Below, piece after piece: positions 9,892 to 20,044 of a stretch of DNA of 64,000 nucleotides. Made by a program: the position numbers and the translations under genes. This stretch comes from an uncultured Granulosicoccaceae bacterium (GTDB lineage: Bacteria > Pseudomonadota > Gammaproteobacteria > CALCKW01): assembly GCA_937925815.1 (NCBI GenBank), contig CALAMQ010000025.1:6354-70353 (forward strand), in the 5' to 3' direction. Within the stretch, counting starts at the first letter, position 1. Every line of letters begins with the position of its first letter. The notes beneath the pieces were generated by a model that ran no database searches, was not told the origin of the DNA, and saw nothing but the letters and a program-made list of their open reading frames with translations.

Positions 9892-10743
9892 TCAGAAGCT
9901 CTGTTTGGCCTCGATCATCTCGGGCGATTTCTGCCAGCGAATCAGCAACTCAGCCAGTTGCCAAGTGCCGTTGCTCAGCGCGCGCTCGAGTCCGCGTTGC
10001 ACTGCGAGCACAAATCGCGCGCCGCTTTTTGACGTGGCAAACGCGATGTATTGCTTGAGTTCACGCGTGCTGAGATCGCGAAATGCAAACATGTGGTGAC
10101 GAAAGACGTGTTCTTCGACGGCTTCTGCGTACGCGGATAAACTTGGAATCGAAGCGTTTGTCATGTCTTGCCACACCAGCGGTGCTTCGTTTGCAGCGCC
10201 GCGTTCGGCAACTGAGATGGCCAAGTCAAGTTGCATCAGTAGGCGGGCGCCGGCTTCTGTCGAACCGAGTGCATCGTCGAGTTCTGACAGCACTTTCAGC
10301 CGGTGCTCGGAAGGTGGGGATGCGTCAATGTTCTCAAGAAACGCCTCATACTCAACCATGGTGCTGTCCACAGCGGCTTGCTCGGCTGCGAGAATTCGCT
10401 CGCCAATGGGCGAGTCCAGCCACGCCATGACGCGAGCTTGGTCGGTGTCGTCGAGCTGACGTTCTAGCTCGACCAGCATGGCCGATTCACCCGCATCGGT
10501 TGAGAATGCGCTGTCGATTGTCGACTGGATTCGTTCGCGCAGTGCGCTCGATTCTTCTGTGGGTTGCGGCACCAGTGCGAAGCTCGCCTCGAAGGCGCTA
10601 CGAATCTGCGGTGCGATAGCTGCCACTTGTTGCTCAAGGGCGGCACGGGTGTAGAGTGCCTGCGTGTCCAGGGCCTGAGCAGTTTGGCTCACTGCGGCGG
10701 TTAGAAGTGCTGCAGCAAGTGTCAAATGTTTGCAGATTCGCAT
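9892..10743 (-). CDS. Secreted helical protein (DUF2059-like)
   Basis: Signal peptide ending AQA; WLDSPIGERI and F..LS..EL..Y..F..S..G motifs resembling DUF2059 repeats. Confidence 0.6.
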   Translation of the reverse strand: MRICKHLTLAAALLTAAVSQTAQALDTQALYTRAALEQQVAAIAPQIRSAFEASFALVPQPTEESSALRERIQSTIDSAFSTDAGESAMLVELERQLDDTDQARVMAWLDSPIGERILAAEQAAVDSTMVEYEAFLENIDASPPSEHRLKVLSELDDALGSTEAGARLLMQLDLAISVAERGAANEAPLVWQDMTNASIPSLSAYAEAVEEHVFRHHMFAFRDLSTRELKQYIAFATSKSGARFVLAVQRGLERALSNGTWQLAELLIRWQKSPEMIEAKQSF

Positions 10744-10851
10744 GGGCGCACGGTTTTGACAGATACTGTTAACAGCGGCACCAGCGCGCAAAACTTGCCC
10801 GGTATCGCACTAAACCCTGTTCTAAGGCGTCCACCGACGGAGTGATTTTTT

Positions 10852-12156
10852 ATGGTCTGGCTTGCATCGCGAAATCAACGCATCGACACGGAGAATGCGT
10901 TTCGCGTGGGACCTTTGATTGCTGCGGTAGAAGCGCGCGGGCAGTCTGTTGTGCGGTTGAATTTTGGTGAGCCGGATTTTCCGGTTCCGGCGCCGATACT
11001 CGACTCCCTGAAAAGCGCGCTCGACGGCGGCGCCACGCGATACTGCGATCCGCAGGGCATCCCGGCGTTGCGGCGCGCTATCGCCGAGCATGTCGGTGGT
11101 CGGCGCGGTTTCGAAGTTGATCCAGAGACAGTGGTGGTGTTTCCCGGTGGCAAACCCGCGATTGGTTTATCGCAGCAGGTGTACTGCGAGCCGGGCGACG
11201 AAGTCATTTATCCAAGTCCGGGCTTCCCCATTTACGAGTCCTTTATTCGCTATGTGGGTGCGGTGCCTGTGCCTTTGCACCTGGATGCGAGCAACGGCTT
11301 TGCCTTTGATCCCGATACGCTTGCGGACTTGATCACGCCGCGCACGCGGATGGTATTCCTGAATTTCCCGTCCAATCCAACCGGTGGGGTAGCAAGTCAG
11401 GCTCAGTTGACGCGCATCGGCGAGGTAATCGACGCCCGCTGTGGGCCAGATGTGCGTGTGTTTTCCGATGAAATCTACGAGGACATCTTGTTTGACGGGG
11501 CGAGCCACTTCTCAATTGCGAGTTTGGAGGCGCTCAGAGCCCGCACGGTGATTGCCAGTGGCTTTTCCAAGAGCTTCGCCTGGACCGGTGGGCGGGTGGG
11601 CTATGCCGTGATGCCAAACCGCGAGGAGGCTGCGTGTTTTCGGCAACTCAACATCAATTATTTCTCTTGTGTGCCCGCCTACAACCAAGCTGCCGCCATC
11701 ACCGCGCTGCAGTCGAGTGAGGTTTGGGACGCCGTTCGCGGTATGACTGAGACCTTTGAGCGGCGGCGTGACCTCATGGTGGACAGCCTCAACGCGCTCG
11801 ACGGTTTCAGTGTGCAGCGCGCCGGGGGGGCTTTTTATCTCTTCCCTGATATCCACGGAGTGTGTGAGGCATTGGATTTGTCCGGGTTTCACGCCGCCTT
11901 GCCCGACGCGTTGCGTGCGCGCACGTCGCCATCGAGCCTGTTCCAGCTGTTTGCGTTGGACCAACACGGGGTTGCGGCGCTCGACCGTCGGTCATTTGGG
12001 CGTATCGGTGCAGAAGGCAAAGACTACTTGCGGGTCTCGATCGCGGCTGCGGATGCGCAGTTGCTGGCCGGCGTGGCGGCGCTTCGCGACGCGGCAGCGG
12101 ACGGGCCAGGCCTCGCTCGTTTCCTCAGAGAGAAGCGTTGGCACGAGATGATTTGA
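10852..12156 (+). CDS. PLP-dependent aminotransferase class I/II
   Basis: GEPDF, PSNPTG, SDEIY, SGFSK (PLP lysine), GAFY and YLRVS motifs. Confidence 0.92.
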   Translation: MVWLASRNQRIDTENAFRVGPLIAAVEARGQSVVRLNFGEPDFPVPAPILDSLKSALDGGATRYCDPQGIPALRRAIAEHVGGRRGFEVDPETVVVFPGGKPAIGLSQQVYCEPGDEVIYPSPGFPIYESFIRYVGAVPVPLHLDASNGFAFDPDTLADLITPRTRMVFLNFPSNPTGGVASQAQLTRIGEVIDARCGPDVRVFSDEIYEDILFDGASHFSIASLEALRARTVIASGFSKSFAWTGGRVGYAVMPNREEAACFRQLNINYFSCVPAYNQAAAITALQSSEVWDAVRGMTETFERRRDLMVDSLNALDGFSVQRAGGAFYLFPDIHGVCEALDLSGFHAALPDALRARTSPSSLFQLFALDQHGVAALDRRSFGRIGAEGKDYLRVSIAAADAQLLAGVAALRDAAADGPGLARFLREKRWHEMI

Positions 12157-12317
12157 TGACAAACGTGTTAGATCTTACGATTTACCCTGTTGGGGGGATG
12201 GTGCGCCACTAAAGCGCGTCAGATAATTGTCGATAGGAAGGGTCGGCAACCGATATCGTATGTACGCATATTTGATTGCTGCCAGATAGTCCTTTAGACG
12301 ATTGAAGTGGGCGCAAG

Positions 12318-12584
12318 GTGTTTGACGTAAAACAGTTTTTTTGGGTTGTGGACAGCAATGGCTGTCTCAATGTGGCCAGTGGTCCGAGTGCTCGGTCGCC
12401 GGTGTGTGTGTGCAGTGGTGTTGAAGCGGAGCCCGGTCCCCCGGTGCGGTTGTCCGAGAAACAAGCATCTGCTTTGCAGCAGGCGGCAGCTGATGCGCGA
12501 CAGGCGCCGCTGACTTTTCTGCATTCGCAAGAGGGCATCACGCTAATCAAGCGCATGCTGCACGGCGAGCAAACACTGCACTGA
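12318..12584 (+). CDS. Hypothetical protein (88 aa)
   Basis: Fills the 500-bp gap between the aminotransferase and proS; no recognisable motif. Confidence 0.4.
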   Translation: MFDVKQFFWVVDSNGCLNVASGPSARSPVCVCSGVEAEPGPPVRLSEKQASALQQAAADARQAPLTFLHSQEGITLIKRMLHGEQTLH

Positions 12585-12665
12585 CCGAAATCCACTGCAC
12601 GCTGCGCGCTCACGGCGCGCGACGCAAAGTGCCTCTTACGATATCGAGGCGCTTTGCCTTAGACG

Positions 12666-14375
12666 TCAGTCGCCGCGAAGCACGTTCTCCAGAGCGTCCA
12701 GCGGGTGGTGCTCGGCTGACTCCCCGGTGCGGGATTTGTACTCGAAGGTGCCTTCCTCGAGGCCACGGTCGCTGATCACCACGCGGTGTGGGATGCCGAT
12801 CAGCTCCATATCAGAGAACATCGCGCCGGGCCGCATATTGCGGTCATCAAACAACACATTGAATCCCTCAGCTTGCAAGCGGTCGTGCATGGCCTCGGCC
12901 TCGGCCTTCAGGCGCTCGGATTTGTGCATGTTAATTGGGCAGAGCGCGACATCGAACGGGGCGAGGGCGTCAGTCCAGATGATGCCGCGGTCATCGTTGT
13001 TTTGCTCGATGGCCGCGGCGACAACCCGTGATACGCCGATGCCGTAGCAGCCCATATGCAGCACACTGTTCTTGCCATTTTCATCGAGCACAGCGCAACG
13101 CAGGGCTTCGCTGTAGAGCGTGCCGAGTTGGAAGATGTGGCCAACCTCAATTCCGCGCACGATCTCGAGCGTGCCTTTGCCGTCTGGGCTTGGGTCCCCT
13201 GGCACGACATTGCGGATATCGGCGACGGTGGGCAGTGGCAGGTCGCGCTCCCAGTTGATGCCAAAATGGTGTTTGTCGTCTTGGTTGGCGCCGGCGCCGA
13301 AGTCGCTCATTACCGCAACCGTGCGGTCAATGATGATGGGCATCGGCAAATTGACTGGGCCGAGTGAGCCAAAGCCCGCACCGACAGCGGCACGCACGCG
13401 CTCGTCGCTTGCCATGGTCAGCGGGGCGGAAACGCCGTCGAGTTTTTCCGCCTTGATGGCGTTGAGTTCGTGGTCACCGCGGACCATCAGCGCGATCAGT
13501 CCACCCTCAACGCTCTCGTCGGCGTCGACAATCAGTGTCTTCACGGTTTTGGTGATGTCGAGGCCGTGTTTTTCAACCAATGCTGCAATGGTCTTGGTAT
13601 CGGGCGTGTCAACCAAGCGCATGTCTTCGTTTGGTGCCGCGCGATCACCCGCCGGTGCGAGCGCCTCGGCCATCTCGGTATTGGCCGCGTAGTTTGACTC
13701 TGGGCACCAGGCGATGGCGTCCTCGCCGGAGTCGGCCAGCACATGGAACTCCGTGGACTGACTGCCGCCGATCGACCCGCCGTCGGCGTCAACGGGCCGG
13801 TATTGGAGGCCCAACCGGTCGAAAACGTTGCAGTAAGCGCGGTGCATGGCGTCGAAGGTTTTTTGCAGTCCAGCTTCGTCAATGCTGAAGGAGTAGGCGT
13901 CCTTCATCACGAATTCGCGTGCCCGCATGACGCCGAAGCGCGGGCGGATTTCATCGCGGAATTTGGTTTGGATTTGGTAGTAGTTGACCGGCAACTGTTT
14001 GTAGCTGCGCAGCTCTGCGCGCGCGATGTCGGTGATCACTTCTTCGTGTGTTGGGCCAAAGCAAAAAGGGCGCTGGTGGCGGTCGTTGAGCCTGAGCAGT
14101 TCCGGGCCGTATTTCTCCCAACGCCCGGACTCTTGCCAGAGCTCGGCGGGTTGAACTGCTGGCATCAGCAGCTCCAACGCGCCGCTCGCGTCCATTTCTT
14201 CGCGCACGATCTGCTCGACCTTGCGCAAGACTTTGAGTCCGAGTGGCATCCAGGTGTAGAGCCCTGACGCCAACTGTTTGATCAGGCCCGCGCGCAGCAT
14301 GAGCTGGTGTGAGACGACTTCAGCGTCACTGGGCGTCTCGCGCAAAGTCGAGAGCGGAAATTGGCTGACGCGCAT
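12666..14375 (-). CDS. proS: Proline--tRNA ligase (bacterial type with editing domain)
   Basis: [45 protein letters not shown] and [10 protein letters not shown] motifs. Confidence 0.98.
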   Translation of the reverse strand: MRVSQFPLSTLRETPSDAEVVSHQLMLRAGLIKQLASGLYTWMPLGLKVLRKVEQIVREEMDASGALELLMPAVQPAELWQESGRWEKYGPELLRLNDRHQRPFCFGPTHEEVITDIARAELRSYKQLPVNYYQIQTKFRDEIRPRFGVMRAREFVMKDAYSFSIDEAGLQKTFDAMHRAYCNVFDRLGLQYRPVDADGGSIGGSQSTEFHVLADSGEDAIAWCPESNYAANTEMAEALAPAGDRAAPNEDMRLVDTPDTKTIAALVEKHGLDITKTVKTLIVDADESVEGGLIALMVRGDHELNAIKAEKLDGVSAPLTMASDERVRAAVGAGFGSLGPVNLPMPIIIDRTVAVMSDFGAGANQDDKHHFGINWERDLPLPTVADIRNVVPGDPSPDGKGTLEIVRGIEVGHIFQLGTLYSEALRCAVLDENGKNSVLHMGCYGIGVSRVVAAAIEQNNDDRGIIWTDALAPFDVALCPINMHKSERLKAEAEAMHDRLQAEGFNVLFDDRNMRPGAMFSDMELIGIPHRVVISDRGLEEGTFEYKSRTGESAEHHPLDALENVLRGD

Positions 14376-14517
14376 GGCGGGCGTTCCTGCGAAGTGAAAG
14401 CCGGGTATTATGCGCTATGCCGACCAGATCGACACAGTTCACGTGACCCGACCAAAACTGGCTCGGCTTTCGCTATTTCAACGGGTGGCCTGAGAGCACT
14501 TAATTCCCGAGAGGCAA

Positions 14518-14910
14518 ATGACCCAGCAAGACGACGTAACACGCTTGGCACAGATGTTCGACTTGCTTGCCGCCGAGCAGCGTGAGACCTTGCTTGCCTT
14601 CGCTGAATTTCTGGTCGATCGCAACCGACGACCGGGAGAGCCGGAGTTGGCTGAGCGCACTGGCAGTTCGTCCGTTGGTGCCTTGGCGCAACCCGCGTTC
14701 GAGGAGCGGCCGGATGATGAAACGGTGAGCGCGGCACTCTCGCGCTTGTCACGCGTCTACCACATGCTCGACACAGAGGCGCTGATCGAGCGCGCCAGCG
14801 ACGAGCTGCTCAGCCGCGACGCGATTTCATCCACCAGCCAGCGTGGCTTGGTGGATGACTTGGAACGCTACTTTGCCGAGCACTATCAACGTGCCAAATT
14901 ACTGGCCTGA
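14518..14910 (+). CDS. Hypothetical helical protein (130 aa)
   Basis: GAGG RBS; 8-bp gap to the next gene; protein-like composition (LLAFAEFL, RP..ETV..AL.RL...Y.MLD). Confidence 0.75.
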   Translation: MTQQDDVTRLAQMFDLLAAEQRETLLAFAEFLVDRNRRPGEPELAERTGSSSVGALAQPAFEERPDDETVSAALSRLSRVYHMLDTEALIERASDELLSRDAISSTSQRGLVDDLERYFAEHYQRAKLLA

Positions 14911-14918
14911 GACAGACC

Positions 14919-16004
14919 ATGATCTCTCTGATTCGCGACTGGTATACCCGTCACTTTTCTGACCCGCAGGCGATGATGTTGGCGATGGTGTTGATCATTG
15001 CCGGCACCCTGATCTACCTCTTCGGCAATATCCTCGCGCCGCTGTTGGTGGCGGCGGTGTGCGCCTACTTGCTCGAGGGCGTCGTGGCGCGCCTGGAGCG
15101 AATCAAAGTGCCGCGGGCGCTGGCCGCGACGCTTGTGTTGGTGGTGTTTGTCTTTCTCTGCCTGATTTTGATTTTTGGACTGCTGCCGTTGTTGTTCCAG
15201 CAGGTCACGCAGCTTTTCCTCGAATTGCCGCGCTATCTCGGTGAGGGGCAAAAGCAACTGATGTTGCTGCCCGAGGCGTATCCCAATCTCTTCACCGTTG
15301 ATCAGCTCAACGAGATCGTCAACGCCGTGCGCGGCGAGATCGCCAATTTCAGTCAGGCGGTGGTGTCTTTCTCGGTCGCCAATGTGGTCAATGTGTTCGT
15401 CTTTGCGGTGTACTTCGTGCTCGTGCCACTGGTGGTGTTTTTTGTCCTCAAGGACAAAGCGCAGGTGATGGCCTGGATCGCGCAGTTCCTGCCCCGGCGT
15501 TCAGATCTGACCAACCGCGTCTGGTCTGAGGTTGACGCCAAGACCGCGAGCTACGTGCGCGGCAAGATGATCGAGATCGTGATTGTGTGGTTTGCAAGCT
15601 ACATGGTCTTCGCGTTTTTCGGCCTGAATTTCTCGCTGTTGCTCTCGTTTCTGGTGGGGCTGTCGGTGATCATCCCGTTTGTTGGCGCCTTTGCCGTGAC
15701 GCTGCCCATCGCATTGGTTGGTTTCTTTCAGTGGGGTTTGTCGCCGACTTTCGGCTACCTCGTGCTCGCCTACGCGATTTTGCAGATTCTCGATGGCAAT
15801 GTGTTGGTGCCGCTGCTGTTCTCGGAAGTGGTGAATCTGCACCCGCTGGGCATCGTGGTTGCGGTGTTGTTCTTTGGCGGCCTGTGGGGTCTGTGGGGGA
15901 TCTTCTTCGCAATCCCATTGGCGACCTTAATCCAAGCGCTCTTGGCTGCCTGGCCGAGCGGACCGCTGTCGGATCACCCTGATGAGCAGGTCGAGAACGC
16001 CTGA
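14919..16004 (+). CDS. AI-2E family transporter (PerM-like)
   Basis: Polytopic membrane protein with YVRGKxIE, IPFVG, Q.LDGNxLVPLLFSEVVNLHP and FFAIPLA motifs; next to dapA. Confidence 0.9.
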   Translation: MISLIRDWYTRHFSDPQAMMLAMVLIIAGTLIYLFGNILAPLLVAAVCAYLLEGVVARLERIKVPRALAATLVLVVFVFLCLILIFGLLPLLFQQVTQLFLELPRYLGEGQKQLMLLPEAYPNLFTVDQLNEIVNAVRGEIANFSQAVVSFSVANVVNVFVFAVYFVLVPLVVFFVLKDKAQVMAWIAQFLPRRSDLTNRVWSEVDAKTASYVRGKMIEIVIVWFASYMVFAFFGLNFSLLLSFLVGLSVIIPFVGAFAVTLPIALVGFFQWGLSPTFGYLVLAYAILQILDGNVLVPLLFSEVVNLHPLGIVVAVLFFGGLWGLWGIFFAIPLATLIQALLAAWPSGPLSDHPDEQVENA

Positions 16005-16149
16005 TTGCCGCATTTGGCGTGCTGTTGGGGTGTGTCATCGCTGCTATGACACGGCTGCGCTCTGCCTGCGATTGATACATTCATGACGCGCCAACTTGGT
16101 CGGTTCTGGCTTGCCGAGTGATTAATTGCTGTTTTGAGGCGACGCGCGC

Positions 16150-16178
16150 TTGATTGGGTGTGGGGCGGCTCTTACTAT
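16150..16178 (+). promoter_or_regulatory. Putative sigma70 promoter for dapA
   Basis: TTGATT-N17-TACTAT, 36 bp upstream of the dapA ATG. Confidence 0.55.
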
Positions 16179-16214
16179 TTCACATTGCGCGCAACCTACA
16201 CAGAGAGACTCTCG

Positions 16215-17099
16215 ATGTTCCATGGCAGCATGGTGGCTATCGTCACCCCGATGAAAGCCGACGGCTCAATTGATGACGATGCCCTCTCGCGGTTGATCGA
16301 ATTTCACATCGAGCAAGGCACTGACGCCATTGTCTCGGTTGGCACCACCGGTGAATCGGCCACGCTGTCGATGAGCGAACACGCCCAAGTTGTCCAGCGC
16401 ACCATCAATATTGTCGCTGGGCGAGTCCCGGTGATTGCTGGCAGCGGTGCCAACAACACCCGTGAGGCGATTGAACTTGCGGAAAAAGCGCAGATGGCTG
16501 GCGCGGCGGCGCACCTGTCCGTCGTGCCTTATTACAACAAGCCCACGCAGAACGGCCTCAAAGCCCACTTCACCGCCATCGCTGATGCGGTAGACCTGCC
16601 GATGATCCTCTACAACGTGCCCGGCCGCACGATTGTGGACATGCAGCCAGAGGTGTCAGCGGAACTCGCGCGGCACGAGCGCATCATTGGCATCAAGGAA
16701 GCCGAGGGCAGCCTCGAGCGCACACGTGCATTGATCGCGCAGTGCCCGGACGATTTTCTGATTTTCAGCGGAGAAGACCCGACTGCTTGCGAGAGCATGT
16801 TGGCCGGTGCCCACGGCGTGATCTCGGTGACCGCGAATATCGCACCGGCGCTGATGCACAGCATGTGTGCAGCGGCGCGCGCCGGTCGCGCTGACGAAGC
16901 GCGTCAGATCAACTCACGGCTTGCCGCGCTGCACCGCGCACTCTTTATTCAGAGCAGCCCGTCGCCATCAAAGTGGGCGCTAACTGAGATGGGATTGATC
17001 CAGCCTCATGTGCGGCTGCCCATTCTCGAACTTGAGTCACACTGCTTTGACGCCGTGCGCAGCGCGCTCGAAGCCGCTGACGTGTTGGCGGTTGCATGA
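16215..17099 (+). CDS. dapA: 4-hydroxy-tetrahydrodipicolinate synthase
   Basis: GTTGES, PYYNKPTQ, LYNVPGRT and GIKEA (Schiff-base Lys) motifs. Confidence 0.96.
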   Translation: MFHGSMVAIVTPMKADGSIDDDALSRLIEFHIEQGTDAIVSVGTTGESATLSMSEHAQVVQRTINIVAGRVPVIAGSGANNTREAIELAEKAQMAGAAAHLSVVPYYNKPTQNGLKAHFTAIADAVDLPMILYNVPGRTIVDMQPEVSAELARHERIIGIKEAEGSLERTRALIAQCPDDFLIFSGEDPTACESMLAGAHGVISVTANIAPALMHSMCAAARAGRADEARQINSRLAALHRALFIQSSPSPSKWALTEMGLIQPHVRLPILELESHCFDAVRSALEAADVLAVA

Positions 17100-17272
17100 A
17101 GGCCTCAACAGCCTTGGTGATGGCCGTGTTCGCACTCGCGCTGAGCGCTTGTGGCACGGTCGATCTCGACGCCGACCCCCTATTGATGCCGCCGCAACTT
17201 GTTGAACCGGTTGACCCTGATGAGAAGAAAGCGACAGCCACTGTCGTGGTCGATGTCACGTTGAACGCCTGA
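17096..17272 (+). CDS. Small lipoprotein (58 aa) at the bamC position; not in the ORF track
   Basis: Manual translation MKASTALVMAVFALALSACGTVDLDADPLLMPPQLVEPVDPDEKKATATVVVDVTLNA; LSAC lipobox; ATGA overlap with the dapA stop and TGATG overlap with the next start. Confidence 0.85.
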   Translation: MKASTALVMAVFALALSACGTVDLDADPLLMPPQLVEPVDPDEKKATATVVVDVTLNA

Positions 17273-18036
17273 TGCTTTCGTTTCTGTCGCTCGGCAGCGG
17301 CAGCAAGGGCAACGCAACATTGGTGCGTGGTGGTGACACCCTTGTGCTGGTTGATTGTGGCTTTGCCCTGCGTGAGCTCGAGGCGCGTCTGTCTCAACTG
17401 GGGTTGTCTGTCTCAGATTTGAGCGGGGTATTGATCAGCCACGAGCATGGCGACCACGTGCGTGGCCTGGGGCCACTCTTGCGTAAACACGCTCTGCCAG
17501 TGTGGATGACCCACGGCACGAGGCAGTCGTTGCGCGACGACCGCTTCGAGGGGGTGACTGAAATCAGCCCCCACAGCAGCTTTGGGCTCGGTGATCTCAG
17601 TGTCGAGCCCTGTCCGGTGCCGCACGATGCTTCGGAACCCTGCCAGTACCGGTTTGAGTTTGGTGGACGGCGCTTTGGTGTCTTGACCGATATGGGTCAT
17701 GTCACGCCGCATATCCGCGCCTTTGCCGCCAACTGTGATGCGCTGGTGTTGGAGGCGAATCACGACGTTGAGATGCTGCGCCGAGGCCCTTATCCCTGGC
17801 ATTTGCAAGAGCGTATTCGAAATGGCTACGGCCACTTGAGCAACACCGCGTGTGCGGATCTGTTGGGTCAGCTGGATTGCGGCCGATTGCAGGCGGTGGC
17901 GCTTGGCCACCTGTCAGACCAGAACAACACGCCGGAGTGCGCGCTCGGCACGGTTGCGCCGACGTTGAGTCACACCGATGCGGTGGTCACGGTGCTCGCC
18001 CAAAGTCGGCCCAGTGCTTGGCACGCCATCGTTTGA
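17272..18036 (+). CDS. MBL-fold metallo-hydrolase (YycJ/PhnP-like)
   Basis: LGSGSKGNA, HEHGDH, VPHDA, LEANHD, GHLSN and HLS..NN motifs. Confidence 0.92.
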   Translation: MLSFLSLGSGSKGNATLVRGGDTLVLVDCGFALRELEARLSQLGLSVSDLSGVLISHEHGDHVRGLGPLLRKHALPVWMTHGTRQSLRDDRFEGVTEISPHSSFGLGDLSVEPCPVPHDASEPCQYRFEFGGRRFGVLTDMGHVTPHIRAFAANCDALVLEANHDVEMLRRGPYPWHLQERIRNGYGHLSNTACADLLGQLDCGRLQAVALGHLSDQNNTPECALGTVAPTLSHTDAVVTVLAQSRPSAWHAIV

Positions 18037-18040
18037 TGGC

Positions 18041-19951
18041 TCAGGCGTGGCGCAAGCCGCCTTTGGCGCTGTCTGATTGATTGCCAACGTGCTCGACAAT
18101 TCGCGTGATGCGTGCGGCGAGGCCGGCGGTGTCGAGGCCGGCGTCCGCGAGCAGTTGTTCGCGGCTGCCGTGCTCAAGGTTGCGGTCAGGCAGGCCAATT
18201 TGCACCACTTGGGTCAGCCGCTCGGAGGCGTTTAGGCACTCCGCGACGGCGCTGCCCGCGCCACCCATGATGACGTTTTCTTCGACTGTGATCAGGCAGT
18301 CGTGGGTCGCTGCCATTTTGTGCACGAGGGCGTCGTCCAGCGGTTTGATGAAGCGCATGTTGACCAAGGTCAGGTCGAGTTCATCTGCGATGTCGGTGAC
18401 GGCCTCGACCATCGTGCCAAAAGCGAGCAGGGCGACACGGCTGCCGCTGCGGCGGACTTCGGCTTCACCCAGTGGAAGCGCAGTGAGGCTTGCTTCGACC
18501 TCGGTGCCTGGCCCCTTGCCGCGCGGGTAGCGCACCGCGGCGGGACCGTTGTGTTGCCAACAGGTGCTGAGCAATTGCCGGCATTCGTTTTCATCTGCGG
18601 GCGCGGCGATCACGAGGTTTGGCACCGCGCGCAAAAAGCTTAAATCGAAGGCGCCCGCGTGCGTTGGGCCATCGGGGCCAACGACGCCTGCACGGTCAAT
18701 GGCGAAAGTGACGTCGAGGTTTTGCAGCGCGACGTCGTGGATCAATTGATCGTAGGCGCGTTGCAAAAAGGTTGAGTAAATCGCGACCACCGGTTTTTGG
18801 CCGTCGCAGGCGAGGCCGGCGGCGAAAGTCACGGCGTGTTGCTCAGCGATGGCGACGTCGAAGTAACGCTCTGGGAAGCGCTGCTCGAAGGTGACCATGC
18901 CAGAGCCTTCTCGCATGGCGGGTGTGATGCCAACGAGGCGGGCGTCAGCGGCGGCCTGATCGCAGAGCCAGTCGCCGAAGACTTGGGTATAGGTCGGGCT
19001 GTTGCCGCCACCACCTTTGCTCAGAGGCTGACCGGTCTTGGCGTCGAAGGGGCCCGTTGAGTGCAGTGCGAGCGGATCACGCTCTGCCGGCGCATAGCCT
19101 TTGCCCTTGCGTGTGATGGCGTGCAGCAGTACTGGTCCTTTGAGGTTGCGCACGTTGCGCAACACGTGAACCAGCGTGTTGAGGTCGTGGCCATCGACTG
19201 GGCCGTAATAAGTGAAGCCCAACTCTTCGAACAGTGTGCCCGGCGCGACTAATCCTTTGACGTGTTCTTCGGCACGCTTGGCGATCTCGGCGAAGGGGCC
19301 GGGCAGGGATTCGAGCACGCGCTTGCCGCCCTCGCGGGCGCCGCTGAATGTGGGTCCGCTGAGCACGCGGGTGAGCGATTGGTTGAGTGCGCCGACGTTG
19401 GGTGAGATCGACATGTCGTTGTCGTTGAGAATCACCAACAGATCAGTGTCGAGGTTGCCGGCGTGGTTGAGCGCCTCATAGGCGAGCCCAGCGGTGATCG
19501 CGCCGTCTCCGATCACGGCGACACAGCGCCGCGGGTTGGCCTGGCGCTGTGCGGCGACTGCCATGCCGAGGGCGGCGCTGATCGAGGTGCTGCTGTGACC
19601 GACGCCGAAGGTGTCAAATTCGCTCTCAGCGCGGTTTGGGAAGCCGGCGATACCACCTTGTTGACGCAGTCCACTCATCGCGTCGCGTCGGCCCGTTAAG
19701 ATTTTGTGCGGGTAGCTCTGGTGGCCGACGTCCCAGACCAGGCGGTCATCGGGGGTGTTGAATACGTAGTGCAATGCAACGGTCAGTTCGACCGTGCCCA
19801 AGCTCGCGCCGAGGTGACCTCCGGTTTCAGCCACGCACTCGACAAGGCACTGGCGCAACTCAGCTGCGACGGCCGCGAGCCCGCTCTCGGGCAGCTCGCG
19901 TAAATCGGCCGGGCTTTTAATCGCGGCGAGTTTGGGGAAGCGATCAGTCAT
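18041..19951 (-). CDS. dxs: 1-deoxy-D-xylulose-5-phosphate synthase
   Basis: [36 protein letters not shown] motif, IAEQHA and DGPTH. Confidence 0.98.
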   Translation of the reverse strand: MTDRFPKLAAIKSPADLRELPESGLAAVAAELRQCLVECVAETGGHLGASLGTVELTVALHYVFNTPDDRLVWDVGHQSYPHKILTGRRDAMSGLRQQGGIAGFPNRAESEFDTFGVGHSSTSISAALGMAVAAQRQANPRRCVAVIGDGAITAGLAYEALNHAGNLDTDLLVILNDNDMSISPNVGALNQSLTRVLSGPTFSGAREGGKRVLESLPGPFAEIAKRAEEHVKGLVAPGTLFEELGFTYYGPVDGHDLNTLVHVLRNVRNLKGPVLLHAITRKGKGYAPAERDPLALHSTGPFDAKTGQPLSKGGGGNSPTYTQVFGDWLCDQAAADARLVGITPAMREGSGMVTFEQRFPERYFDVAIAEQHAVTFAAGLACDGQKPVVAIYSTFLQRAYDQLIHDVALQNLDVTFAIDRAGVVGPDGPTHAGAFDLSFLRAVPNLVIAAPADENECRQLLSTCWQHNGPAAVRYPRGKGPGTEVEASLTALPLGEAEVRRSGSRVALLAFGTMVEAVTDIADELDLTLVNMRFIKPLDDALVHKMAATHDCLITVEENVIMGGAGSAVAECLNASERLTQVVQIGLPDRNLEHGSREQLLADAGLDTAGLAARITRIVEHVGNQSDSAKGGLRHA

Positions 19952-20044
19952 GGCGTCTGGTCAGGGCTCGACATCGTGGTGTGGCTGAGGGTGAATAGAG
20001 TTAGTGTGGCTGATACGGTCGCAAATGGGGGTCATGTCGCGCGG

